Shown here: positions 45,381 through 55,818 of the stretch, piece by piece
How the letters are laid out: every line of letters starts with the position of its first letter
Numbering within the stretch: position 1 is the first letter of the stretch
Assembly: GCA_963758495.1 (NCBI GenBank)
Contig: CAVWVI010000003.1
Coordinates: 1,152,001-1,216,000 of the forward strand
DNA: 64,000 nucleotides
Direction: 5' to 3'
From: Oligoflexia bacterium
GTDB lineage: Bacteria; Bdellovibrionota; UBA1018
Notes under the pieces: generated by a model
Database searches by the model: none
The model's input: the letters and a program-made list of their open reading frames with translations, nothing else
What the model was told of the DNA's origin: nothing
Position numbers and translations under genes: made by a program

Positions 45381-46181
45381 CTAAGAACCCTGTAAAGTTT
45401 TTACAACAACCATTTTTCCGTTATCTGCCCACATTTGACGTACAGGAATAGAGTTTTTTTGTAGATAGCGAAACACATTCAAAAGACGAAAAAAAATCCC
45501 ATCTAAATCCATGTCAATTTTTTGACCTATGTCAACCATAGTTCGCACTCGCGTAGACGTACCCGCTAAAGTATAAAAAGCTAAAATACGAAAGCCTCTT
45601 TCAGATTCCCAATAAACTGTAGAAATAGATGATAATAAATTAACAGAAGAACCTTCCCATCGACTTATGATTCGAAGTGCTTCTTTAAGTTTTCCAGACA
45701 TTTGACCAGAAATTTGACCAGACGCTTGACCCGACGCCTGATTGGAAAATCCCATGATTAAGGGAAGATCTGAAAATCGAAGTAAATTTACCAATCCAAA
45801 AACTTTTCCATCTGCGTCAACGTATGCAAATCCCCCATTAGACATCTGTATAAGAGCCTTTGGCTCTCTATAGTGAATTGCAATCACCAACGTATCAGGC
45901 ATTTTCTTTTGCAATTGCACTTCACGGATCCAGTCTTTTGATAATAGACGGTGTTCTATGGATTTTAAATCCAATGTAAATAAGTTCACCTTACCCACTG
46001 AAACTTCAGTCAATTTAATAACTTGTTGATCATCAATGGGCGGATCATCTATTGAGCTTTGCACTTCAATGTTCTGAAGCAAGAATAGAGTTGAATTTTT
46101 CGCAAGCAAAACCCCGATAGTCAAGGCACCCATCGAAGAAAGCGATAGAACAATTATGGAAATTTTTTTATAAAGTCTCAT
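45381..46181 (-). CDS. ftsQ: Cell division protein FtsQ/DivIB
   Basis: TM helix then POTRA (NLFTLDL...WIREV...PDTLVI...REP); upstream of ftsA. Confidence 0.88.
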   Translation of the reverse strand: MRLYKKISIIVLSLSSMGALTIGVLLAKNSTLFLLQNIEVQSSIDDPPIDDQQVIKLTEVSVGKVNLFTLDLKSIEHRLLSKDWIREVQLQKKMPDTLVIAIHYREPKALIQMSNGGFAYVDADGKVFGLVNLLRFSDLPLIMGFSNQASGQASGQISGQMSGKLKEALRIISRWEGSSVNLLSSISTVYWESERGFRILAFYTLAGTSTRVRTMVDIGQKIDMDLDGIFFRLLNVFRYLQKNSIPVRQMWADNGKMVVVKTLQGS

Positions 46182-46246
46182 GAGTATTCCATAGTCTATC
46201 TTCTGAATAGTAGACAGTCGAGTACCGGATATGAGAAAGAACAATA

Positions 46247-47602
46247 ATGATTCGTTATTTAATGATACCCTTCTTCATTCTTGTCGGCTGTTCCAGTTTC
46301 TCTAAGGTAGAATCGAATTCAAAAGGTTCTATTCAAAAGGAAACTATTCCTCTCTCGGGCGCGTCTTATGTCAATCGCTATCTGTTTGATAATGGTTTGC
46401 GCTTACTCGTGGTTGAAGACCATTCTTCACCTACGATTGCTTACCAGACCTGGTTTCGAGTAGGATCACGTGACGAAACTCCAGGCAGGACCGGTTTAGC
46501 TCACCTCTTCGAACATATGATGTTTAAAGAGACAAAAAATTTAAAAGAAGGGGAATTCGACAAGCTTCTGGAGGGCGCTGGCGCAGAGGGAGAGAACGCT
46601 TTCACAGATCATGACTTCACTGCTTATATCCAAGAATTACCTAAGGATAAATTGGAACTGATTGCCAAAGCAGAATCTGACAGAATGAACAATTTAGTAA
46701 TCAATGAAAATGCGTTCAAAACTGAAAGAGAAGTTGTCCAAAATGAGCGTCGATTTAGAAACGAAAATAGTCCAGATGGCTTGATGGACCAAGAACTTTT
46801 CAGTTTGGCTTTTGTTCAGCATCCATACCATTGGCCCGTGATCGGTTACACTGAAGACTTGAACGCTATGACCTCGAAAGAAGCATTAGAGTTTTATCAT
46901 ACACATTACAGTCCAAACCATGCGACTATAATCGTGACAGGGGACGTCGAATCAGAAAATGTAAAATCTATCATCCAAAAATATTATGGCCAACTTCCCG
47001 CCCAACTCACTCATTCACACCTCATTCAAAAGGAACCCGCTCAGAAAAAGCTCCGTAGAAAGCAACTCAAGTTGAATATACAAGTTGAAAAACTCATGAT
47101 GGGTTTTCATATTCCAGAAATTACGCACCAAGACATGCCTGCTTTAGATGTTCTACAGAATATCCTCACCCGAGGCAAAAGCAGTCGACTTTACCGCGCA
47201 CTCGTCAATACTGGAGTTGCCAGTGCAATTACTTCAGACGATCTCGAGGGAAAGGACCCATCACTGTTTGTATTTATCGCAAATATGCAAAACAAAAAGA
47301 ATACTTCACAAGCAGAGGCTATCATTCGAAAGGAGCTTGCGCGCATTTGCAATGAAGAGATTTCTAAGCAAGAATTAGAGCGTGCTAAGAATAAAATGAA
47401 TTTCGATTTTTTCGAAGCATTAGGTTCTAATTTTGAAAAAGCCTATTTCCTGGGTCATTACGAAAGTGCTGCCGGAGATTTCACAAAAGGAATTGAACAT
47501 AACAAACAAGCTCAACGAGTCTCTGCACAAGATGTTCGTGATGTCGCGAGGCGCTATTTAAAGCCAAACAATCTTACCGTAGTTACAGGAGTCCCAAAAT
47601 GA
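46247..47602 (+). CDS. M16 zinc peptidase, catalytic subunit (lipoprotein-like)
   Basis: GLAHLFEHMMF (HXXEH); lipobox LVGC. Confidence 0.93.
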   Translation: MIRYLMIPFFILVGCSSFSKVESNSKGSIQKETIPLSGASYVNRYLFDNGLRLLVVEDHSSPTIAYQTWFRVGSRDETPGRTGLAHLFEHMMFKETKNLKEGEFDKLLEGAGAEGENAFTDHDFTAYIQELPKDKLELIAKAESDRMNNLVINENAFKTEREVVQNERRFRNENSPDGLMDQELFSLAFVQHPYHWPVIGYTEDLNAMTSKEALEFYHTHYSPNHATIIVTGDVESENVKSIIQKYYGQLPAQLTHSHLIQKEPAQKKLRRKQLKLNIQVEKLMMGFHIPEITHQDMPALDVLQNILTRGKSSRLYRALVNTGVASAITSDDLEGKDPSLFVFIANMQNKKNTSQAEAIIRKELARICNEEISKQELERAKNKMNFDFFEALGSNFEKAYFLGHYESAAGDFTKGIEHNKQAQRVSAQDVRDVARRYLKPNNLTVVTGVPK

Positions 47603-48984
47603 CAAAAAGAACTTTGATCTCTCTACTTGTGGGACTCATTGCTTGCACCAGTGGACTCCTTTCTTCGCATACCTCTCAAGCCATTGAAGTTGCTTTCGAG
47701 AATGATTCAAATCTTCCTCTAGTCTATATTAACGTCGCCATCAAAGCCGGCTCAGTGACCGACCCTCAAGGACAAACTGGGTTAACTAACTTCATGGGAG
47801 AGATGCTGCTTCGAGGAACTCGGCTCCATAGCAAAGAGCAGATCGACTTAGCATTGGATCAGATGGGCGCTAAACTTGATGTTGAAACACGAGCCGAAGC
47901 ACTTATTTTTCGGGGAGCAGTACTTTCTTCTCAGTTAGAGCCTTATTTGAATTTATTCACTGAAATACTCACTCAACCTAGCTTTTCGAACGAGGAAATC
48001 AAGAAGTTTAAATCAGAACAGATCTCAGTTCTCCAAGAAGCGCTGGGACACGACCCATCCCTCGCATCCCTTAAATTTCAGGAATTCCTCTTTCGCGATC
48101 ATGCCTATGGAAAACCAGTAGAAGGGAAAATAAAGGACATTAATGCCTTCACCCACACTCAACTTTTAAATCATTACAATCTCCTGATGCAAGATAGAAT
48201 GCTATTAATCGTGGGCTCTGGAGCAACCACATCAGAACGTGTATCCGCTTGGGCAACTGAACTATCGAAGAAAAAACCCAATATTCATTTAGATCCTTAT
48301 ACTGAACGCCTCCTCACAAGGGTACCTTCACCCGAAAATGCGGATCAACGAAGGCTTTTAATCATCGACAAACCGGATCGAACACAAACTCAAATCAATG
48401 CTGGTCAAATTGGAATCCGAATGACTGATAGTCATTTTTTTCCCCTCTATTTAGGAAACTATGCATTTGGCGGCCCGTCTTTCTCCGCTATTCTCATGGA
48501 CGAAATCCGAGTGAAGAGAGGCTGGAGTTATGGTGCAAATAGCTCGTTCCGCCACGGTCTGCAGCCCCGGTATTGGAATTTTCATCTTTTTCCGGCAGCA
48601 AAAGATGCTGCTAATGCTCTTGCCTATTCGATCAAACTCACTGAAGACCTAAAAGAACATGGCATCAGTAATGAACTCTACGGTTTTGCCCAACGTAGCC
48701 TTGTGAACAGTTCGGGATTTATTTACAATACACCTAAAAAAAGAGTAGAAAATAAACTTTTAGAACTTACTTTAAATTTACCTGAAGGATTTATGAAATC
48801 CTTTGGATCTGAACTCCAAAAAGTGAGCTTAGCTGACGTAAACTCATCTTTAAACCACTTTCTCAAACCCAATCAAATGGCAATCACCGTTTTAGGAACA
48901 GCAAAAGAACTTAAAGAATCTCTAGCCAAGGCCGCAGGAGTTCCAATCGATCAAGTAAAAGTCATCCCTTATACACAAGAATAA
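47599..48984 (+). CDS. M16 peptidase partner subunit
   Basis: M16 fold without HXXEH; EIRVKRGWSYG; ATGA overlap with the catalytic subunit. Confidence 0.9.
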   Translation: MTKRTLISLLVGLIACTSGLLSSHTSQAIEVAFENDSNLPLVYINVAIKAGSVTDPQGQTGLTNFMGEMLLRGTRLHSKEQIDLALDQMGAKLDVETRAEALIFRGAVLSSQLEPYLNLFTEILTQPSFSNEEIKKFKSEQISVLQEALGHDPSLASLKFQEFLFRDHAYGKPVEGKIKDINAFTHTQLLNHYNLLMQDRMLLIVGSGATTSERVSAWATELSKKKPNIHLDPYTERLLTRVPSPENADQRRLLIIDKPDRTQTQINAGQIGIRMTDSHFFPLYLGNYAFGGPSFSAILMDEIRVKRGWSYGANSSFRHGLQPRYWNFHLFPAAKDAANALAYSIKLTEDLKEHGISNELYGFAQRSLVNSSGFIYNTPKKRVENKLLELTLNLPEGFMKSFGSELQKVSLADVNSSLNHFLKPNQMAITVLGTAKELKESLAKAAGVPIDQVKVIPYTQE

Positions 48985-49107
48985 TTAAGCCAGAAGTGCG
49001 AAGAGTCGAATTATACTTTGTTTTTATTGGTGATTTAATTTGAGAAGATATTTTACGGTGAAGCACTAGACACTCAATATTTATTAATGATAACCTTATA
49101 AATCGGA

Positions 49108-50130
49108 ATGGCACAATCATTAAACGACTACTTTAGAGTTTCAAGAGAACACTTAGTAGCTGGGCGAGCACTGGATTGTGACCTTTATCTTTACATGGCA
49201 ACAAATAAATCCATTGTGCGTTACCTCTTAAAGGGAGACGCTCTTTCAGCGGATAAATGTGCCGCACTTCAAAATGCGGCCACTACCATTCCCCTTGTAC
49301 TAAAATCAGACCTAAAATCTGTCATGAGTCATAACGGCCAAAAAATTGAAACCGCCCTCAAAACAGATGCAAATCTCGGATCTTCGGAAGTGGTCGGTGC
49401 AGCGGCAGGCATTCTTAGAAATATAGATTCGACCTTATCAACACCTGATGGTGATTCTATTTTTAAAACTGCTAATGCATCCACTATAGAAATGCTTTCT
49501 TCTGCTCAAAGTACAGTTGAGGAAATCCTAAAGCAGGTAGGCAGTCTTCCTGCCACACTTATTTTTGATCAAGTATTAGCGAAAATTAAATTGAGCTCTC
49601 AAAATCCTTTAGCCCAACACAATCAACAAGTCAGTACCCTTTGCGTTCTTATGTTATTAACAGAAGGAAATGCCACTAAAACAGACCTGGCTGATATTGC
49701 CGCGGCTGGAATGCTGCATGATATTGGTTTGGAAAAAATGCCAAAAACAATTGTTGAAAAATATCTTAACGGCCAAGAAGATTTCAATAATGCAGAAAAC
49801 TTAGTTTACATGAAACATCCAGAAGAAGGGATGGAAACCATTGCAAAATCCTTTCCTGATATTTCCTCTACAATTCTCAAGATTATAGAATGTCACCATG
49901 AAAACTTTGATGGATCAGGATTTAAAAGAAAAAAAGGGAATTTCATACCTCGACTTTCTCGCTTTCTTCGTATTGCAGACAATATCGCCGTAACTTTGAA
50001 TAGCGCTAAAACCCCTATCACATTTAAAGATGCTCTCTCTGAATCCATGCAGACTAATCTATTTAAATATGATCTTCAGATTATCAAAACAATCCATGAT
50101 CAATACTTAGGACTCGGGCAAGAGATTTAG
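49108..50130 (+). CDS. HD-GYP-like domain protein (degenerate)
   Basis: LHDIG, HP..G, HHENFDGSGF, IAD; GYP and RPY motifs absent. Confidence 0.8.
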   Translation: MAQSLNDYFRVSREHLVAGRALDCDLYLYMATNKSIVRYLLKGDALSADKCAALQNAATTIPLVLKSDLKSVMSHNGQKIETALKTDANLGSSEVVGAAAGILRNIDSTLSTPDGDSIFKTANASTIEMLSSAQSTVEEILKQVGSLPATLIFDQVLAKIKLSSQNPLAQHNQQVSTLCVLMLLTEGNATKTDLADIAAAGMLHDIGLEKMPKTIVEKYLNGQEDFNNAENLVYMKHPEEGMETIAKSFPDISSTILKIIECHHENFDGSGFKRKKGNFIPRLSRFLRIADNIAVTLNSAKTPITFKDALSESMQTNLFKYDLQIIKTIHDQYLGLGQEI

Positions 50131-50153
50131 GCTATACACGACTATTCATTGCA

Positions 50154-50435
50154 CTAGCGAAACAAATCTGAATGAGTTCCGGTACGCTCGAAGATCACTC
50201 TGTTATTCTCAATATCCGGTTTATAATTCAAGATCCAGTCAGGCTCAATATGACAATCACGTCGGCCTAGGTAATTACCGATCAGTTTGTGATCTCGATA
50301 TTTGGCATCCAATGACTCCTGATTGATAATTTTTGTAATTACATCTTTGATTTTAATTGGATTTTTACCACGCTTAAGCGCGCGTTTTAAATCTTTTTCA
50401 AATTGATTTGTGTAAGAAGGCTTAAGTGGCGGCAT
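50154..50435 (-). CDS. yafQ: YafQ-family mRNA interferase toxin
   Basis: QFEKDLK, YRDHKL.G, RDCHIEPDWIL.Y, RTGTHSDLF. Confidence 0.93.
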   Translation of the reverse strand: MPPLKPSYTNQFEKDLKRALKRGKNPIKIKDVITKIINQESLDAKYRDHKLIGNYLGRRDCHIEPDWILNYKPDIENNRVIFERTGTHSDLFR

Positions 50436-50439
50436 TGGA

Positions 50440-50727
50440 TTAGATTCCAAGCTTGTTAAATAGTTCATTTGTATTTTCAAAATGAACTACTTCTTCACCT
50501 CGTTCTGTTTTCTCCATAGTCTGTAAGGTTTGCTCATTAGGAATCTCAACTAAAAATGGCATCCCGCGCCGTAAACTGACCTGAGCATAAAACATATTAA
50601 TTGCCTCAGTTGAAGACAACCCTAACTGATGAAAGACTCTTTCTGCCTGCGCTTTTAACCGCACAGTCGTCCTAGCCCTAATCATTGCAGTTTTTTTAGT
50701 AGCGCTCACCTTTTTAACCTTATGCAT
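50440..50727 (-). CDS. dinJ: RelB/DinJ antitoxin
   Basis: IRAR...LK.QAE.VF..LGL...AINMF...GMPF.V.IPN..T. Confidence 0.9.
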   Translation of the reverse strand: MHKVKKVSATKKTAMIRARTTVRLKAQAERVFHQLGLSSTEAINMFYAQVSLRRGMPFLVEIPNEQTLQTMEKTERGEEVVHFENTNELFNKLGI

Positions 50728-50864
50728 AATAGAATTGTATCTCATTTGGGATACGGATGTCAATTTAATAGATCGAGCGAGTATCTCTGCAAAATACGTC
50801 AATATTTTTGCATATTTGAATCTGGACGTAAAACAAGTCACAATAGATCTCAAGAGATCATATT

Positions 50865-50933
50865 ATGAAAGAAGTAAAAATAAGTGATTTTAAAGCTCAT
50901 CCTATCGATCACTTAAGCGCGCTTCCGAAATAG
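50865..50933 (+). pseudogene. Truncated Phd/YefM-like antitoxin remnant
   Basis: MKEVKISDFKAH then early stop; preceded by palindrome GATCTCAAGAGATC. Confidence 0.45.
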
Positions 50934-51030
50934 CGTAGTTGAGCCTCTAAAGTCCCTGACTTCCACTACTTTAAATGACACTTCAAGTATCTTCAAAAAC
51001 CTGCAGCGTGCGGAGAGGCAACCTCCCCAC

Positions 51031-51978
51031 TCAAACCTCACCCAAATAAATCACTTCTTCTTCCAAAACGATGCCAAGCTCACTGACCGCTCGCGACTTA
51101 GCCAAGGCAATCAATGCCGCCACATCCGCAGCCTTTGCACCGCCCTTATTTAAAATCCAATTGCTATGTTTCTCTGCAAATTGAGCCCCCCCAATCTGGT
51201 GACCACGAAGACCTAGACGATCAACAACTTGCCATGCCAGTAGACCAGACTCTTTTGGATTTTTGAAAACGCTTCCACACGACGGCGCCTCTAAGGGCTG
51301 AGTTGCTTTTCGGCGCGCCAAAGTCTCATCAATAATCGCTTTTACTTGAGCCGGATCACCCTGCTGAACTTCCCACTCCGCTGCCCAAATCAGACTCCCC
51401 GATGGTAAGAAAAAGTTTTTACGATACTGATAATCAAGCTGCGTTCCCTCATAAACATGGGCTTCTCTAGCCGAGTTTAAAAGCGAGTAAACTTCGACTT
51501 TTCTAAGTCGACTCTGAGTTTCGCCTAAATGAGTCCCCGCATTCATGAAAACCGCTCCGCCCACTAAGCCCGGAATTCCTGTAAGAAATTCCAGCCCTAC
51601 CCATCCTTCTTGCGCAGCTCTTCTCAATAATGAAGATATTGCCACACTCGCTCCAGTTCTTAACAAAGCTCCAGTCCCCAAAGACGATGCCGAAATCTCA
51701 AGATTCAGTTTATTCGCACGAATGATGAGTCCAGAAAACCCCTGATCCGATGCAAGAATATTAGAGCCCTGTCCCAATACAAAAAAAGGAATTCCTGTTT
51801 GACGTAACCCTTCCTTAAGCCAGTGGATATCCGCTATGCTTTTTGGAATAGCAAATACGGAAGCAGGACCGCCTATTCGAAAGTAAGTGTGCCGCGCTAA
51901 CGGCTCATCGAAGTGGAGCTGTCCCGAAAAGCTGGAAGCATGTGAACGAAACCAATCCAACACCACCGACTGAGTCAA
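51031..51978 (-). CDS. murB: UDP-N-acetylmuramate dehydrogenase
   Basis: HTYFRIGGPA, GIPGLVGGAVFMNAG, GSVFKNP. Confidence 0.97.
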   Translation of the reverse strand: MTQSVVLDWFRSHASSFSGQLHFDEPLARHTYFRIGGPASVFAIPKSIADIHWLKEGLRQTGIPFFVLGQGSNILASDQGFSGLIIRANKLNLEISASSLGTGALLRTGASVAISSLLRRAAQEGWVGLEFLTGIPGLVGGAVFMNAGTHLGETQSRLRKVEVYSLLNSAREAHVYEGTQLDYQYRKNFFLPSGSLIWAAEWEVQQGDPAQVKAIIDETLARRKATQPLEAPSCGSVFKNPKESGLLAWQVVDRLGLRGHQIGGAQFAEKHSNWILNKGGAKAADVAALIALAKSRAVSELGIVLEEEVIYLGEV

Positions 51979-53387
51979 TGACCTACCTCATTCAATTGAG
52001 CTATGAGCAGATCTGGAATTCGGGTAATAGAACCTGCACCCAAACAAAGAATTAAATCTCCCTCAGTGAATAACTGACTCAACGTTTTCCGAGTCGACTC
52101 AAGGTTTCCAGTGTAGATCACTTCCTGGCGAGAAGGGGTGAGTTTTTTAAGATCTGCTACCAGGGTTTCTGAATCCACTCCAGGAATAGGATCTTCACCT
52201 GCAGAATAAATATCCGTAATCAGAACTACATCACTCTGCAAAAAAGCTGACAGGAAGCCATCATGACAATGAAGGGTCCTCGTATATCGATGAGGTTGAA
52301 AAACTGATATAATCCTGCCTGGCCAAAACCCCCGTGCTGCGGAGAGGGTGGCCGTAATTTCAGTGGGATGATGACCATAATCATCAATAATTGCCTGTCT
52401 TTTTTCAGGATCATGCCAGCGAATATCAAATCTGCGCTTCACACCCTTAAACTCATGCAAGCCGCGAGCGATGGTTTCAAATGCAATTCCTAACCGTAAC
52501 CCAATCGCAATGCTAGCAAGTGCATTATAGACATTATGTTTTCCAGGCACTGACAGCCGAACTTCTCCCAAAAAAGTTCTCTTTCCATCTACGCCTTCAC
52601 GATTAAATACTTTAAATTGAGATCCCAATCCTTGACAAATCACCTCGGTAGCATAGAGATCCCATTCTTCGGAAAGACCATAAGTAAGAAAAGGCTTGGT
52701 CCAACGACTCATGCAGCGTTTCACTCCTGAGTCATCTCCACAAACGACTGCCAAACCATAAAAGGGTAATTTTCCTACAAACTCTACAAAAGCATCTTCA
52801 ATCGCGGTGAGATTACCAAAATGGTCGAGATGATCATTATCAATATTAGTCACTACCCCCAAGGATGCGGGTAAGTGAAGGAATGAGCCGTCACTTTCAT
52901 CTGCTTCTGCTAAGACATACTGACCTTGCCCCAGCTTAGCATTTCCCCCTAATGAATCGACTTTTCCACCAATCACTAAGGTAGGGTCAACTCCGGCGAC
53001 AGTCAAAACAGTCGCGAGCATCGAAGTGGTTGTGGTTTTTCCATGAGACCCGGCAATTGCAATCCCGATTCTTCCCCGCATGAGTTCGCCTAACATCTCT
53101 GCACGAGGAATCACAGGGATTCGTAATCGCTTGGCTTCTTGCACTTCAGGATTACTTTGGCGAATAGCGGAGGAAACGACCACCACATTCACTCCTGAAA
53201 CATGGTCAGCTCTATGTCCAAGAAATATCTTTGCGCCTTGGTGAGCCAATCGTCTCGTCATTTCCGAATCTGAAAGATCCGAGCCAGTCACTCTGTATCC
53301 TTGATTGAGAAAGACTTCCGCAATACCACTCATTCCAATGCCACCGATACCGACAAAATGCAGTACGGTCTCTTCTTTTTTATACAT
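51975..53387 (-). CDS. murC: UDP-N-acetylmuramate-L-alanine ligase
   Basis: HFVGIGGIGMSG, GSHGKTTT, EADESD, DDYGHHP. Confidence 0.98.
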   Translation of the reverse strand: MYKKEETVLHFVGIGGIGMSGIAEVFLNQGYRVTGSDLSDSEMTRRLAHQGAKIFLGHRADHVSGVNVVVVSSAIRQSNPEVQEAKRLRIPVIPRAEMLGELMRGRIGIAIAGSHGKTTTTSMLATVLTVAGVDPTLVIGGKVDSLGGNAKLGQGQYVLAEADESDGSFLHLPASLGVVTNIDNDHLDHFGNLTAIEDAFVEFVGKLPFYGLAVVCGDDSGVKRCMSRWTKPFLTYGLSEEWDLYATEVICQGLGSQFKVFNREGVDGKRTFLGEVRLSVPGKHNVYNALASIAIGLRLGIAFETIARGLHEFKGVKRRFDIRWHDPEKRQAIIDDYGHHPTEITATLSAARGFWPGRIISVFQPHRYTRTLHCHDGFLSAFLQSDVVLITDIYSAGEDPIPGVDSETLVADLKKLTPSRQEVIYTGNLESTRKTLSQLFTEGDLILCLGAGSITRIPDLLIAQLNEVGH

Positions 53388-53458
53388 AAAACCTCATAAT
53401 TTAAGCGTTCAACGATGAGCTAACAGACTTCTGGTCTTAAATCAAAAATTAGCTTTAA

Positions 53459-54559
53459 TTAAATTGTCATCAAACCCTGCACAATATCTTCTGCTGCGTG
53501 TGGACGAGAAAAGTCTGTCACCCTTTTTTCCATCTCAGTAATACGTGAGGGATGGGCCATTAGGTTTTGAATGAGTCTCGCCAAATTTTCGCCCTGAGAA
53601 GCTTGCTGAAGCAAAAGACAAGAAGCTCCTGCATCCGCAAAGATTCGGGCGTTTTTTTCCTGATGATTATCCGCTGCAGTCGGAAGAGGGATAAGTATAG
53701 CTGCCCTGCCTACTGCAGATAATTCAGCTAGAGTTGAAGATCCAGTTCTACAAATGACCAAAGAAGCTTGGGAATAAGCGGAAGTCATATCTTCAATATA
53801 CTTTTCAACCCTAGCTTGTATTCCCCATTTTTCATAAGCTTCACGAACTCGATCGAAGTCTTTTGCACCCGTTTGATGAATAAATTTTAGATTTTCTCTA
53901 TTCTTATTCAATTCAGGTAATGCATCTAAAACAAGGGTATTCATGCCAATGGCACCCTGACTTCCACCAAAAATGAAAATCGTAAAAGGGTCCCTAGCCG
54001 CTGGCGGCATCCATTTCATAGAAGAACGAATGGGGTTTCCTGTCAGAATAACTCGGCTTTTTGGAAACTTCGATTCTGTCCCTGGGAATGCAGCAAAAAC
54101 AAAATCTACAAACTGACCTAAGATCCGATTCGTAAACCCTGGAATAGCATTCTGCTCTAATATTCCTATTTGTACCTTCAGTAATCCAAGAATACGAAGA
54201 ACTCTTGCCATCAAGATCACAGGTCCAGATGCATATCCCCCGACTCCCAATACGAACCGAGGCCGAACGGATAATAAAATAGCAGCAGAGCGAAGCAATG
54301 CGAGCGGAAGTTGATAATAAGTTTTAAACTTACGAGAAAGACTCACTTGATTTAAAGTCCCTAACTTCAGAAGTTTTAAAGGATATCCTGTTTTAGGAAT
54401 CAGTCTTTCTTCGATGCCTCCATAGGCTCCTACAAATAAAACGGGCACATCTTTTCCCCATCTCACTTTCCAAGCATCAGCAACAGAAATGCCTGCAAGT
54501 AAATGTCCTCCGGTACCCCCCCCCGTAATCAGCAAACTTTTATCATGATTTATTTTCAT
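53459..54559 (-). CDS. murG: Lipid II GlcNAc transferase
   Basis: GGGTGGH, GGY.S, EQN, GNP.R, GGSQGA, HQEKNA. Confidence 0.97.
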   Translation of the reverse strand: MKINHDKSLLITGGGTGGHLLAGISVADAWKVRWGKDVPVLFVGAYGGIEERLIPKTGYPLKLLKLGTLNQVSLSRKFKTYYQLPLALLRSAAILLSVRPRFVLGVGGYASGPVILMARVLRILGLLKVQIGILEQNAIPGFTNRILGQFVDFVFAAFPGTESKFPKSRVILTGNPIRSSMKWMPPAARDPFTIFIFGGSQGAIGMNTLVLDALPELNKNRENLKFIHQTGAKDFDRVREAYEKWGIQARVEKYIEDMTSAYSQASLVICRTGSSTLAELSAVGRAAILIPLPTAADNHQEKNARIFADAGASCLLLQQASQGENLARLIQNLMAHPSRITEMEKRVTDFSRPHAAEDIVQGLMTI

Positions 54560-55818
54560 GATGGAACCATTTTTCCACTTCGCGCAATACTCAACAATAC
54601 GCCTACCGCAAAAAGATCAATCAAAAGCGCAGAGCCACCGTAGCTAATAAAAGGAAGAGTCAGTCCTTTCGTGGGGACAAGACCTAAAACAACAGCGATA
54701 TTCACAAAGCCTTGAAAGCCTAAGGCCAAGGTAATTCCCGTCGCTAAGAGCATTCCAAAACGATCTTGAGTCCTCTTTTGGCAATTCCAAGCAATCTTGA
54801 GCCCTCGGTGTATAAAGTAAAGATAGGCTAAAACCACCGCTATGATGCCCACAAAACCTAATTCTTCTCCAATCACAGAAAAAATGAAGTCATTATGAGC
54901 CTCAGGCAAGTAAAATAGTTTTTCCTTTCCATTACCCAAACCGACACCAAATAACCTCCCACTGTGGAGCCCTACAAAAGACTGTAAAATTTGAAATCCC
55001 TTTCCTCCAGGATCCATCCAGGGATCAAGAAAAGTCATCAGTCGAATTCGTCGATATGCAGTCCCAATAGTGAGCCACCCTCCCGCGGTTGTTGCCATCA
55101 CTAGGGTGATCATCAAATAACGTAGGGGCACTCCTGCTAAGAACATCAGCGAGAAAATAACTAGAATAATCATCACAGTAGTTCCAAAATCAGGCTGAAT
55201 CAGGAGCAAGAACAAGGCAGGAAGTGGGACAATAAAATGAGAGAGAACGCCGGCTGTCACTGTACCAATTCTTTCATGTTTTCGATCTAACTGCCGGGCG
55301 ACAAAGAAAATAATTGCAAACTTTGCAAACTCTCCTGGCTGAAAGTTCCAGCCCGCAAGGTGTATCCAACGTCTTGCTCCTCCTACTTTCACTCCTACAC
55401 CTGGCACTAAAATGAGACCTAACAATACGATCGCAATTCCTAATACAGGATAAGCCCAGGCTGCCCAACGCCGATAATCAATTTTATACACACTAAAAAG
55501 AGCAACACACCCAAGCAAGGCATAAACGATTTGTTTTCGTATAAAGAAAAATCCATCCCCTGTCTTTTCCTGCGCATAGATAAAAGAGGCGCTATAGACC
55601 ATGACTAAACCAAACAGGACCATTGCCATCACTAGCAAAAGCAACATAAAGTCAAGTTCAGCCCAAGACGTAGGTTTTTCTTCCTGTCCTTGATTGACAG
55701 GGTGGGTTGAGTTTTTAAAGTTGAGAAACCAATTTTTTAAAGTAATCACCACGTTCTTCGTAGTTTTTAAACATATCGTAGCTGGCACATCCAGGCGATA
55801 GTAGAATGATATCGCCAC
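54556..55818 (-). CDS. ftsW: Peptidoglycan polymerase FtsW (true start probably downstream of 55818)
   Basis: VYSAS, GARRW, QPGEFAK, QPDFG, LPEAHNDFIF, PFISYGGS. Confidence 0.95.
   Translation of the reverse strand: MAISFYYRLDVPATICLKTTKNVVITLKNWFLNFKNSTHPVNQGQEEKPTSWAELDFMLLLLVMAMVLFGLVMVYSASFIYAQEKTGDGFFFIRKQIVYALLGCVALFSVYKIDYRRWAAWAYPVLGIAIVLLGLILVPGVGVKVGGARRWIHLAGWNFQPGEFAKFAIIFFVARQLDRKHERIGTVTAGVLSHFIVPLPALFLLLIQPDFGTTVMIILVIFSLMFLAGVPLRYLMITLVMATTAGGWLTIGTAYRRIRLMTFLDPWMDPGGKGFQILQSFVGLHSGRLFGVGLGNGKEKLFYLPEAHNDFIFSVIGEELGFVGIIAVVLAYLYFIHRGLKIAWNCQKRTQDRFGMLLATGITLALGFQGFVNIAVVLGLVPTKGLTLPFISYGGSALLIDLFAVGVLLSIARSGKMVPS

Noticed and set aside
45694..45741. 12-bp repeat in ftsQ (QASGQASGQISGQMSG)
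   Set aside because: Short in-frame loop expansion with no sign of further function.
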